Shown here piece by piece: positions 48,992-58,694 of a stretch of DNA of 64,000 nt; position 1 is the first letter of the stretch; each line of letters begins with the position of its first letter. The translations under genes were made by a program, and so were the position numbers. The stretch is from IMG/VR virus record IMGVR_UViG_3300031772_000005. The stretch is one strand, 5' to 3'. The notes beneath the pieces were generated by a model. The model saw only the letters and a program-made list of their open reading frames with translations. It did not search any database and was not told the DNA's origin. The stretch comes from a virus (taxonomy: Duplodnaviria > Heunggongvirae > Uroviricota > Caudoviricetes).

Positions 48992-51900
48992 TTAACAATC
49001 TGATGTGGAGTCTTGGAATAAATCTTTATCTAAATCTTCAGTAGATTTACCTTTAGTTTCTGTTTTTAATTCATCTTTTCTTTGAGAATTTACTAAAAGG
49101 TCTTTTACATTATCTGATGATTCAGTAATTAAAACTTTTTCTTGAGCTGTAGGTTTAACAGTAGGTGTCTCTATATTATCCATAAGATTTTCTTTTAAAA
49201 CAAATAGTTTATCAAGCTCATTAAAACTTATAGTTTTTTGTCTAACCTTAGCTCCTATACTTTTTAATACTATTTTTTCTGTAGTATTATTAACTGAAAC
49301 TACTGTTACTTCTGAACCTTGACTAGCAAACTCATTTGCATTATTTTTACCCGTAAAGATAATTTCTTTTGCTATAAGTCTGTCACCAATTTGTAGGTTA
49401 TTTTCAGTTAATTTAACAACTGCATTTTCAGCTAATTCTAATTCTCTTGTATCAACTAATTCTTGAAGAAGTGTAATATCAGTTAGACCTATTTTGTTTT
49501 GAGCAATAAGTATTGCAAACTTTTGTTTAAACTGATTTAACTGTTCAGAAGTAGCTTCTCTAATAAACTTAACTAAACTAGGATCTAAACCTCTAGTTAC
49601 TTCATCATTTGTTTGTTGTTGATCTGTAACAGCTGGTGATTTACCTTCTTCAGAAGTTTCTCTTTCAACTTCTTCTGGCGCTACTTCACCTTTTTTAGGT
49701 ATAACAGAATCAATCTGTGCTACTTGTTCAGGAGTAGGATACAAAGGAATTCTATAATTACCTGGTTCTAATAAAGTTTTTGATTTAGGTTTATTAGCTG
49801 AAGTAACTTTACCTGTTTCTTTATTGTAATCAATTTCAACAGGTAATATACTTATGTTAGCTTTAAGGCCAGTTAAATTAAATAACAAATTAGAGTATGC
49901 TAACTGTTGTAAAACATAACCAGGTTTTTGTGGAAACTTAGCATTTTCATTATTAAAGTTATTCCATTTACTAACCTTACCTGTTTTAACATCAATTATA
50001 TATACTTTACCTGATCTATCAACAGCAAGTAAATCTACTTCACCTGCTACTTTAGCTTCTTTGTCATATAGAATTATACCGTTATCACCGTAACCTCTAG
50101 ACATTATGTGAAGTCCTTTACTATCTATTACTTTTTTAATACTTACTAAGTAACCTTCATTATCAGGATCTGTATTAAATAAATTGTCAAAAGCTTCTTG
50201 ACTTATATTATCTTCATTAAATACATTAGGCTTGTTATCAAAAAGTAATCTTATCTGATTATCTAAATAATTACCAGCTATTCTAGAAGCTTCATTAGTT
50301 TTCTCAGCAACTAAATTAAGTACTGTATTTAATAAATCTTGATTACTTGATTTTTTTTGGACAGTTCTTTTTAATTCAGATATTTGTTTTTCAATTTCTT
50401 CTACTCTAGTTTTATCTCCAAACTCTCCTTGTTCAGTAAGTAGATCTTGTTCTAATGATTCAATAGTTCTTTCTTGTACAGAAACATCTATATTATCCTG
50501 TAAAGCAGCATAGATTTCCTTTAACTCTTTTTCTACTTCAGTATAAGTAAACTCACTAAATCCACTAAGACCTTTTTGTACACGTAAATTTTCAACAAAA
50601 GCTTTTATTGAATCTTTTGTTAAACCATCTTTTTGTATAGTACTGTTAAAACTAATTGTAATCTCATCAGCATTAACATGCTTATATTCTTCTTTAAATT
50701 GATTAATTACATTAGTAACTCTATCCATTGTAACACCATCAAGCTCATAACCTTTTGAGCTACGCTTAATTCTAGAGTTATCTTTAATTATTTGTTGTAT
50801 AGCATTTATAGTTACTTTTTGTTCCGGAGATAAATCTTCTTGAGATAATTTATCTAAATATTCATTTAATCTTATTATGAATAACTTATATTGACTGATT
50901 TTTAAATCATCTTCTGAAGTTTTATCTTCTTTTGCCTCAAGTTCTTTTAATCCTATCTCATGACTTTTTAAATAATTTCTCAATACAGATTCAGATAACT
51001 TGTCAGCACTAACTAATTCATTACCAATTAATAATTTAGGTATTTCATAAGTTTCATCAGTTGCTTTTGTAGCCGTTTCTAATTGTTGATTTTTATTATA
51101 TTCTTCAATTATACTAGCAGCTATATAATTACTTCTAACAAAAGATTCAAAAGCAATATTATAATCATCTAACTCAGCAATGTTTAAACTATTATCAGCA
51201 GCATATTTTTCAAAAGCTGCTACTAACTCATTATATACCTCTGGAGGCATACTATCTATATCTGTCTCATTGTTTATAGTAACCGGTTTTTCAAAAAAAG
51301 ATTCAATATCTTGAGTACCCTTTTCTATACTTCTATCAATAACTTCTTGCTTTGCTTTAGTAAATTCTTCTTTAATAGCAGCAACTTCTTCCGCATTAGG
51401 TTCTTTAGTTATTGTATATTTAACTCCACTAGCAAATGTAGAAATACCATATAGAGCTCTAAAATTTTGCAGATCTATTTCAATACCATCAATATTATCT
51501 ATTTTAAGTACATCACCATCTTTATAAAAAGTTAATCTTTCTATTTCTTCATCAACAGTAGCAATAGTATCAGCATATTCTCCGGTTAATAAATCTTGGT
51601 TAAGTTCATTTATTGTCATATTAGTAAACCCACCTAGTTCATTTCTTGTATCAAACTTATCTAGTGCATTAAGTCTAGCTTCTTGCATCTTATCTAATTC
51701 ATCTAACTCAGCTTGAACAGCTTCACTGTTAATTTCACTACTAGATTTTTTATTTCTGATACTTGCAATAAATACAAAAGGTGCTATAATTTCATCATAA
51801 TCAGGATGAGATTTTTTAATAACAGTTTTGTTTACATCATTGAAAATTTCTTCAGGTGTAATTCCAAATTGTTGCCACATTTGAAAATCATCTAAGCTAA

Positions 51901-54900
51901 TGTATAAACCTCTACTAGCTAAACCATTTAATAAATCATTGTCTTCTTTTTTATTAAACTCTTGATCTTTTAAAGCTTCATAATATTCTCTACGGTTATC
52001 ATATATATTTTTCATCCAGACTTTGTTTTTCTGAACGTGCTCAACAAAGTCTTTAGGATTATGTAAAAGATTTATATTTTCTACAAGTACTTGAGACTCA
52101 TGTTGTAAAGTGTGAAAGTCAATTAGTTTTTCAAAAGCTTCATCAGTAGCTTTATTAAATAAAGGTTGATTAGATTCTTTAGCAATAACTTTTAAGTATG
52201 CATTATAACTAATTTCTAATTCATCTTTTTGTTCAGCAACTACTTCATCATATTCTTTATCTAATTCTTCAGGAGAGATACCTGGATTTTCTTCTTTTAG
52301 TTTGTCAAGTATTTGTTTTTTATTTCTTGTAAATTTTGTATAAGATTCTAAAGCTTCTTTATAATTTTTAAGAGCTTCTAATTTTTTAGTTTTAAAATTA
52401 ATTTTACTTGTGTTTTCTGAAGTTTTAGGTAAACTATTTAACCCTTCTAATTCAGTCTTAATCATATCTACTTCATTAGCTAATCTTTTATTATCAAATA
52501 AAACATTAATATCTTCAAAACTAGCTTTTTTAAGTGGCCCATTAGATGTAACATCTTGTACAATACTGGACATTCTTTCCATTGTATTATCAAAAGACTC
52601 ATTTAAGAATACTGCATTACCAATAGCTACATTCCATGCATGATGAGTTGTCACTGCATCATTATAATCCGGACTATTTTTATTTTTAGCAGCTTCTTCT
52701 AGATTAATAGGATTAGGAAAATTCTTTTTGTAATAATTATATTTCTCCTCTATTCTATTAATTTTACTAATTACAGCATCTAGCTTTTCTAAATACTTAG
52801 CACCTTCTCCTGGAGGTACACTTGGTACAGCCTCTTCAAATTCTTCAGGTGTTAAATCTTTATATGACTCTAATGTCTCTGTGTAATGATGTAATACATC
52901 ATTTTCTGTAGCTCTTATTATAGCTTTATTAAAAGAAGCATCAGCGGCATCTCGTGATTCTTTTTCAGTACCTGTTAATCTTACTGTTTCCGCTTCTGCT
53001 TGCATACCTAATCCAATAGCATTAGCATTCCAGAAGTCAGCCATATCTACATTACTTAGTTCATTAACTAAGTTTTTACCATAAGTATCTCTTATTGCAG
53101 CATATTCACCAAACTCTTTAGGATTTTTAATTTTATTATATCCTATATTTAATAAATGAGGTACTCCATTTAATGGTGCAGCAAACATACCCATTACAAA
53201 ACCTGAAGCAAATGTTTCAAAACCTTGCCCGGTAAATTGATTCTTTACTGCAGATTTAGTAAGCCCCATTGCATAATCATATGTAGCTAACTTATCATTT
53301 GAAAAAGAATCAACATAGTAACTTTCTGTTGCTGAAGCAATTACATCCTGTGCATTTTCTTGTAATGCTTCAGTTAAGTTCTTTTTAAAATATGAAATAC
53401 CTCCAGCTACACTTTTTCTAATAGGATCTTTAGCAAATGATTTAAGTGTATTACTTAAATTATTTTTTCTCCAATTCAATTCAGGAGTTAATACTTTTTT
53501 ACCACTCTTTAAAGTTTGTTTAGTTGTAGTTCTAGCAATACTACCTCCTTTTAAATCTAAAATATCTTTTGTTTTAGCAGATAAAAAATTAGTACCTCTA
53601 CCTTTAACACCTACAAGATTATCTAATACAATTTTATTAGACATAAATATTAATGCAGTATTCCATTGTAATGTAGTTACACCAGCTTGTTTAGCTTGAT
53701 TCATCATGTTTTGCTGCATTTCATCTGAAGGCGCTTCTTTATGTTCATTATAATAGCTATTATATAACTTATTATAAACATCATTCTGCTTCATTCCCCC
53801 CTCTAATCTAGCTTCAGACAAGGCCATGTTAATACCTCTTATTTCACCATAGAATCCACCAACAGTTTTTCTACCAGCATCTGCTAATCTAGCTAAACCT
53901 GTTAAGTTATTTTCATTTTTAGCAATCTTAAGAGCTGCATCTGATAAATGTTCTAAAGGATTAAAAAACTTTACTGCTGAATTATTTAAACCTTTTTCTA
54001 TTTTAGATAGGTCCCAAAATTTTCTTGCAGAACTAACATTGTCAAGACCTCGCACTGTAGCATTTACAGCACGCATTCCATCAGTAGCTGCATCTAATCC
54101 TTTAATACCTCTTAATAAATTTTTTCCTGCATTAGCTGTTGTTGCAAATAAAGCGGGTGCTGTTCCACCACCTGTAACTGCTGTTGCTCCAATAGCTACA
54201 GCTTCTTCAAGTACAGCTTCTGTTATAATACCTGCAGTATAAGCAAAACTCATTGCAGTATTATTTAAGAATCCACCTACACCACCTTTAGAAGAATTAC
54301 CAATAGCAGCTGCTCTAGAATAAAATGCAGCATCTTCTGTATCAGCTGAAAAATCTCCTTGAAGCATTTTACCTAAACTTTTTGGACCTGATACAAAACC
54401 TCTTGTAAATAATGGCCAAAAAGAATGAGTCATCATTCTTTTAGTATCTTGCCATCCAGATGTACCTGCGTTAAATATAGCTTCATTATCTCTATAAGGA
54501 TGGAAACCTATTTTATCAAAAGTTTCTTGTCCATATGCTTTATATCTATCATAAAAAGCATTGCCGTCTGGACCTGCATTATATGAATACATCCTTGCAT
54601 ATTCATTCTTATCTTGATTAGCTTGATTATGAGCTAAAATTTCTTGCTTTAAACCAGCAGCAAAAACATCTACATTTGTATGTTTAGGTGATGCAGGTTT
54701 AGTAGCTGGGTTACCAACAATGTTTCTTATGGAATGTTGTTGATTAGTTAATTCATTTGCACCAGGCATCATAGGTGTAAAATGATCTGGGAAATCAGGG
54801 GATGGCATAGATAATCTATCTCCTTCAAAAGCAGATAAACTTTTAGTATTTAAATCTGGTGCATCTATTCCACCATAACCAGATCCTAATGAATCTAGTG

Positions 54901-54928
54901 AATTAAAAGGTACATCCGATTCTGCCAT
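48992..54928 (-). CDS. giant virion protein (1978 aa) with embedded PD-(D/E)XK nuclease domain
   Basis: 5.9-kb ORF; VAGEVDLLAVDRSGKVYIIDVKTG...QQLAY equals RecB-family motifs II, III and QxxxY; Gly-rich N-terminal region. Confidence 0.6.
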   Translation of the reverse strand: MAESDVPFNSLDSLGSGYGGIDAPDLNTKSLSAFEGDRLSMPSPDFPDHFTPMMPGANELTNQQHSIRNIVGNPATKPASPKHTNVDVFAAGLKQEILAHNQANQDKNEYARMYSYNAGPDGNAFYDRYKAYGQETFDKIGFHPYRDNEAIFNAGTSGWQDTKRMMTHSFWPLFTRGFVSGPKSLGKMLQGDFSADTEDAAFYSRAAAIGNSSKGGVGGFLNNTAMSFAYTAGIITEAVLEEAVAIGATAVTGGGTAPALFATTANAGKNLLRGIKGLDAATDGMRAVNATVRGLDNVSSARKFWDLSKIEKGLNNSAVKFFNPLEHLSDAALKIAKNENNLTGLARLADAGRKTVGGFYGEIRGINMALSEARLEGGMKQNDVYNKLYNSYYNEHKEAPSDEMQQNMMNQAKQAGVTTLQWNTALIFMSNKIVLDNLVGVKGRGTNFLSAKTKDILDLKGGSIARTTTKQTLKSGKKVLTPELNWRKNNLSNTLKSFAKDPIRKSVAGGISYFKKNLTEALQENAQDVIASATESYYVDSFSNDKLATYDYAMGLTKSAVKNQFTGQGFETFASGFVMGMFAAPLNGVPHLLNIGYNKIKNPKEFGEYAAIRDTYGKNLVNELSNVDMADFWNANAIGLGMQAEAETVRLTGTEKESRDAADASFNKAIIRATENDVLHHYTETLESYKDLTPEEFEEAVPSVPPGEGAKYLEKLDAVISKINRIEEKYNYYKKNFPNPINLEEAAKNKNSPDYNDAVTTHHAWNVAIGNAVFLNESFDNTMERMSSIVQDVTSNGPLKKASFEDINVLFDNKRLANEVDMIKTELEGLNSLPKTSENTSKINFKTKKLEALKNYKEALESYTKFTRNKKQILDKLKEENPGISPEELDKEYDEVVAEQKDELEISYNAYLKVIAKESNQPLFNKATDEAFEKLIDFHTLQHESQVLVENINLLHNPKDFVEHVQKNKVWMKNIYDNRREYYEALKDQEFNKKEDNDLLNGLASRGLYISLDDFQMWQQFGITPEEIFNDVNKTVIKKSHPDYDEIIAPFVFIASIRNKKSSSEINSEAVQAELDELDKMQEARLNALDKFDTRNELGGFTNMTINELNQDLLTGEYADTIATVDEEIERLTFYKDGDVLKIDNIDGIEIDLQNFRALYGISTFASGVKYTITKEPNAEEVAAIKEEFTKAKQEVIDRSIEKGTQDIESFFEKPVTINNETDIDSMPPEVYNELVAAFEKYAADNSLNIAELDDYNIAFESFVRSNYIAASIIEEYNKNQQLETATKATDETYEIPKLLIGNELVSADKLSESVLRNYLKSHEIGLKELEAKEDKTSEDDLKISQYKLFIIRLNEYLDKLSQEDLSPEQKVTINAIQQIIKDNSRIKRSSKGYELDGVTMDRVTNVINQFKEEYKHVNADEITISFNSTIQKDGLTKDSIKAFVENLRVQKGLSGFSEFTYTEVEKELKEIYAALQDNIDVSVQERTIESLEQDLLTEQGEFGDKTRVEEIEKQISELKRTVQKKSSNQDLLNTVLNLVAEKTNEASRIAGNYLDNQIRLLFDNKPNVFNEDNISQEAFDNLFNTDPDNEGYLVSIKKVIDSKGLHIMSRGYGDNGIILYDKEAKVAGEVDLLAVDRSGKVYIIDVKTGKVSKWNNFNNENAKFPQKPGYVLQQLAYSNLLFNLTGLKANISILPVEIDYNKETGKVTSANKPKSKTLLEPGNYRIPLYPTPEQVAQIDSVIPKKGEVAPEEVERETSEEGKSPAVTDQQQTNDEVTRGLDPSLVKFIREATSEQLNQFKQKFAILIAQNKIGLTDITLLQELVDTRELELAENAVVKLTENNLQIGDRLIAKEIIFTGKNNANEFASQGSEVTVVSVNNTTEKIVLKSIGAKVRQKTISFNELDKLFVLKENLMDNIETPTVKPTAQEKVLITESSDNVKDLLVNSQRKDELKTETKGKSTEDLDKDLFQDSTSDC

Positions 54929-57900
54929 TATCTTCCTGAATTGTGTTGAGTTACTTTATTAGCTACCTCTATACTATGTAATTTTGCTTTACTTAAGTTA
55001 TTACCTTGAGTAGTCATATTATCATATATAGTATAATCATTATATGTATTTGTTTCATGATCTAAAAGGCTATAGTTTGTTTCTAAGTTATAATCACCTG
55101 TACCTGTAGTATTTTTAGTAACATTAAATGAAGTTTTTTGATCCATTGATTTCCATTGGTAACCATTAGGATTAGATTCTACAATAGCCGCAATAGGATC
55201 TAAATAACTAGATACAAATAAACCATTAGACCAATTTTTAGAATCAGAAACAACGCTTATTCCATTAGTTAATATATCATTATAATCTGTTTCTGCATTA
55301 AGTAACCCTGCACCATCTTTACTTTTTATATAATTAGCTAACCATTCAGCATCAGGATAAATAATCATAGCTCCTTTATCTGCATTACCACCAGCAATAA
55401 CTTGGCTACTCATCTTAAAGTTTTTATATTTACTCTTAGTATCATTCATTGATAAGATCATATCATTAAGCATTCTTTTACCAGATTGTGTTTGCTGATA
55501 TCTAATATCTTTATCATCGCTTAAGTTGGTACCATTAAAACTAATACCTGATGTAGCAAAATCTAATTTTCTAAAATCTCTTTCAAACTCATGAAAATAA
55601 GCATTTCCTTTTGTACCAAAAGCTAATGGAGCAACATTAATTGATTGTCTTCCCGGTGTAAATAAACCACTAGCAGTCATATCACCTAAACCACTTTGTG
55701 AAAGTCCTGGTATAGCTGTAGGTGTTTTTATAGTTGAAGATTTCCAAGCTTTACCAGCTGCACTTACTAAATTTTGATAAGTATCATCAGGAAGTGCACT
55801 ATATCCAGGAGTAGCTATTATTTGTCTTGCTTGTTTTTGAAGCTCAATAACATGTGGATCACGTTGACCAAGCCTCATTGCATCTCTCATACGGTCCGCA
55901 TTACTATTTGATTTAGACTGAGGTAAATATCTTGTTTTTACATACTGTGTTAACTCTTGATTTATTGCAGCTAAACTTTTATTTAGTTTTGTAGGAGCTC
56001 CTGGTTTTCTAGCTATTCTATTAAATTCATCTTCACTTCTTAAAGTACCATCTGGTCTATATAAAAATTGAGCATCTTTAAGACCTTGGTTTGTAAGGTT
56101 TTGTTCAACTTGATTTGCACCATTAATTCTCCACTTTTTATCTGCTTCAAGATAACCAGTATAATCTTTAAAATTAGAAGATGCTTTTGTGTAACCTGGA
56201 TGACTTTGTTTTGTAATAAGACTTACACTTTTATTATGATCTATCCAATAATCTAATTTTTTAGAAATCCAAAATAAACTATTTGCACCAACAGTACCTT
56301 TTAAAAAAGCATCGGCATTACCTGATAAACCTGCTTTAAATTTAGCACGAGTCATACTTTTATCTTTTTCAGTATGTAATATTTTATCTGCTTGTGCTTC
56401 AGTCATTACACCTTCTTTTACAGCTTGATCTAATAATGCTAAAGATTCTTGCATATAAGGTACACCATAAGTATTAGTTTGTCTACTTGAAATATTTCTA
56501 CTTAATTGGGCCATGCTAACTTCTCCTGATGCAATTCCTTTATCTTCAAACTCTGTAAAAATATTATCATAAGATTCATTTTTAACAACTTGATTAAAAG
56601 TAGGATTTGGTATTTTATTACCATTTGCATCTTCAATAAATTCTTGAGAATCATAATGTGCAGCTCCTGTAGATAAATCCCATTTATCTTTAGCTCTTTT
56701 ATCTGCAGCTCTAATTTGTGCCGCAGCTACTTTTTCTCTACTTGCATTACTAGAAGCAACTTCTTGCATTCTATATGAATGATTTTGAGCACTTACCGCA
56801 AATGGATCAGCTACAATACTTTGTTTAGCATCTCTAAATGCAAATATTTGAGCTGACTCATCAAGATCTTTTTCCATTAATGATGATGCTAATGCATTAT
56901 CTACTTTCCATCTTAAGGATTTAATGTCACCATAAGGATTTTCAGATCCTGTAGATGTTGTTGCAGTACCTTGTCTATCCTGCATAGCATCAACATCTAC
57001 TTTTACTCTATTAAGTACATCATCATTTATTTGTTTACCGTATTCTAAGTTAGCTAAAGCTTTTGGTAAATCCGGATTTTTATCACCTGAATTAATTTGT
57101 TTTTGGATATCTCTAATTCTGCCATCATAAGAAACTGTATCATCTCTTAAAGATTCATAACGCATTGTTTGTTGCTGTTTTAATCTATTAAAATTAGTTT
57201 CTAAATAATTCATTTCAGCAGCATTTTTATCACCACCAAATTGAGCAGCATTAGAAGCAGCAAAGTTTTTTCTATCTACATATGCTTGTGTCTTATAAAC
57301 TTCTTGAATAGCTGGATCATTACCTAACTGAGATTCAAGTAACTTACTAAGAGGTTCCATTAACTGTTCACCATTTTTAGTAGTAACCATGTATCTACCA
57401 TCAGGACTCCACTTAACAGTTTCCATAGATAAACCAGCTTCTTTAGTTATCTGTAATGCTTTTTCTTGTACATTAACATAGTTAGTATATTTAGCATTTG
57501 ATATACCTAAAGTATCTGCAATTGCGGATTCTTTAAATTCTTCTCTTTGATAATCTAAAGCAGCTACACCATCTGCCCAATAAAGAGCACGGGTTTTTTC
57601 ATCTAATGAATTTTTAAGACCTTCTGCTCTATTTCTTTGTGCAGTATAATTTTTTGTAAAGGCCATATCTTTCATAAGATATTGATCTTCATAAAAAGGT
57701 TTAAATACTTGAGTAGCTTGAGTTACATTTTTTTCTAATGATAAATCTAGACCTGATACTTTTTTAAGAGTCACATCTATATTTTTTAAAAGTTCTTCTT
57801 TTCTTTGAATATTATCTTCATGAGTTAAATCTGCATAAAGGTATTGTCCATAAACTTGATTTAATTGTTTATAGTTACTATCATATTGTGTCTGCTTTGT

Positions 57901-57990
57901 TTGCAGTACATTATTATAGAAATTTAAATCCGGTTGAAAAGGTTGAAACTGAGGTATATAATCTGTTACGCCCTGGAGATAAGTACTCAT
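54928..57990 (-). CDS. large virion/structural protein (1020 aa)
   Basis: 3-kb ORF, start overlaps the GIY-YIG stop (TAATG); no recognisable catalytic motif. Confidence 0.55.
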   Translation of the reverse strand: MSTYLQGVTDYIPQFQPFQPDLNFYNNVLQTKQTQYDSNYKQLNQVYGQYLYADLTHEDNIQRKEELLKNIDVTLKKVSGLDLSLEKNVTQATQVFKPFYEDQYLMKDMAFTKNYTAQRNRAEGLKNSLDEKTRALYWADGVAALDYQREEFKESAIADTLGISNAKYTNYVNVQEKALQITKEAGLSMETVKWSPDGRYMVTTKNGEQLMEPLSKLLESQLGNDPAIQEVYKTQAYVDRKNFAASNAAQFGGDKNAAEMNYLETNFNRLKQQQTMRYESLRDDTVSYDGRIRDIQKQINSGDKNPDLPKALANLEYGKQINDDVLNRVKVDVDAMQDRQGTATTSTGSENPYGDIKSLRWKVDNALASSLMEKDLDESAQIFAFRDAKQSIVADPFAVSAQNHSYRMQEVASSNASREKVAAAQIRAADKRAKDKWDLSTGAAHYDSQEFIEDANGNKIPNPTFNQVVKNESYDNIFTEFEDKGIASGEVSMAQLSRNISSRQTNTYGVPYMQESLALLDQAVKEGVMTEAQADKILHTEKDKSMTRAKFKAGLSGNADAFLKGTVGANSLFWISKKLDYWIDHNKSVSLITKQSHPGYTKASSNFKDYTGYLEADKKWRINGANQVEQNLTNQGLKDAQFLYRPDGTLRSEDEFNRIARKPGAPTKLNKSLAAINQELTQYVKTRYLPQSKSNSNADRMRDAMRLGQRDPHVIELQKQARQIIATPGYSALPDDTYQNLVSAAGKAWKSSTIKTPTAIPGLSQSGLGDMTASGLFTPGRQSINVAPLAFGTKGNAYFHEFERDFRKLDFATSGISFNGTNLSDDKDIRYQQTQSGKRMLNDMILSMNDTKSKYKNFKMSSQVIAGGNADKGAMIIYPDAEWLANYIKSKDGAGLLNAETDYNDILTNGISVVSDSKNWSNGLFVSSYLDPIAAIVESNPNGYQWKSMDQKTSFNVTKNTTGTGDYNLETNYSLLDHETNTYNDYTIYDNMTTQGNNLSKAKLHSIEVANKVTQHNSGR

Positions 57991-58631
57991 TATAAGTAAA
58001 TTAAATTAGTAGTGTTTTTTCTTTTTCCTGAAATACGTCTTGATAATTCATATTTAGGAATATTTAAAGTATTTGCAGCAATTGCTAAAGATTCATATAC
58101 TTTACCTGTAATTATATTTTTTATAGATTTTCTTTTATGTGCATTAACAATATTAAAATCTACATTTTTTAATTTTTTTCTAGCTTTTGCTAAATTTAGT
58201 TTGCATTCTTCTGATGCATTGTATATTTTACCAGCTTCAATACATGCTAAAGAAGGCTTTTTACCTTTATTAGCAATTCTTAATTTTTCTTTTGTCTCTT
58301 CAGAATGAATAGAATAACTATTAGGATCTGTAGGTTTTAAATTATAACCAATAGATCTATCTAAACAATTAAGTTCATTAACCCAGTAGTGTTCTTTAGC
58401 ATGTAGATTAGTTATATCGCATTTTTCAATCATCTCAAAAATAAAGTTTTTTTCACCATATTTAGTCCATGCTTTTTGTAAATAACTGTTTTTATGTCTA
58501 TCTCTTCTTAAAGCATAGAGGTGACCATTTATTCTAGTTCTTATGTTAGAAGCACAACCAATATATATTTTACCACTAATTATATTAGTAATCTTATATA
58601 TACCTGATACTGATTGTAAATATGTTGCCAT
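57990..58631 (-). CDS. free-standing GIY-YIG homing endonuclease
   Basis: GIYKITNIISGKIYIGCASNIRTRINGH...NELN is a GIY-YIG core; basic DNA-binding C-terminal tail; located between two structural genes. Confidence 0.75.
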   Translation of the reverse strand: MATYLQSVSGIYKITNIISGKIYIGCASNIRTRINGHLYALRRDRHKNSYLQKAWTKYGEKNFIFEMIEKCDITNLHAKEHYWVNELNCLDRSIGYNLKPTDPNSYSIHSEETKEKLRIANKGKKPSLACIEAGKIYNASEECKLNLAKARKKLKNVDFNIVNAHKRKSIKNIITGKVYESLAIAANTLNIPKYELSRRISGKRKNTTNLIYL

Positions 58632-58694
58632 AATTAATGTTTATCTATATTGTAAATATATTAAAATCTTATAAGTTTATTAAACATATAAAGT

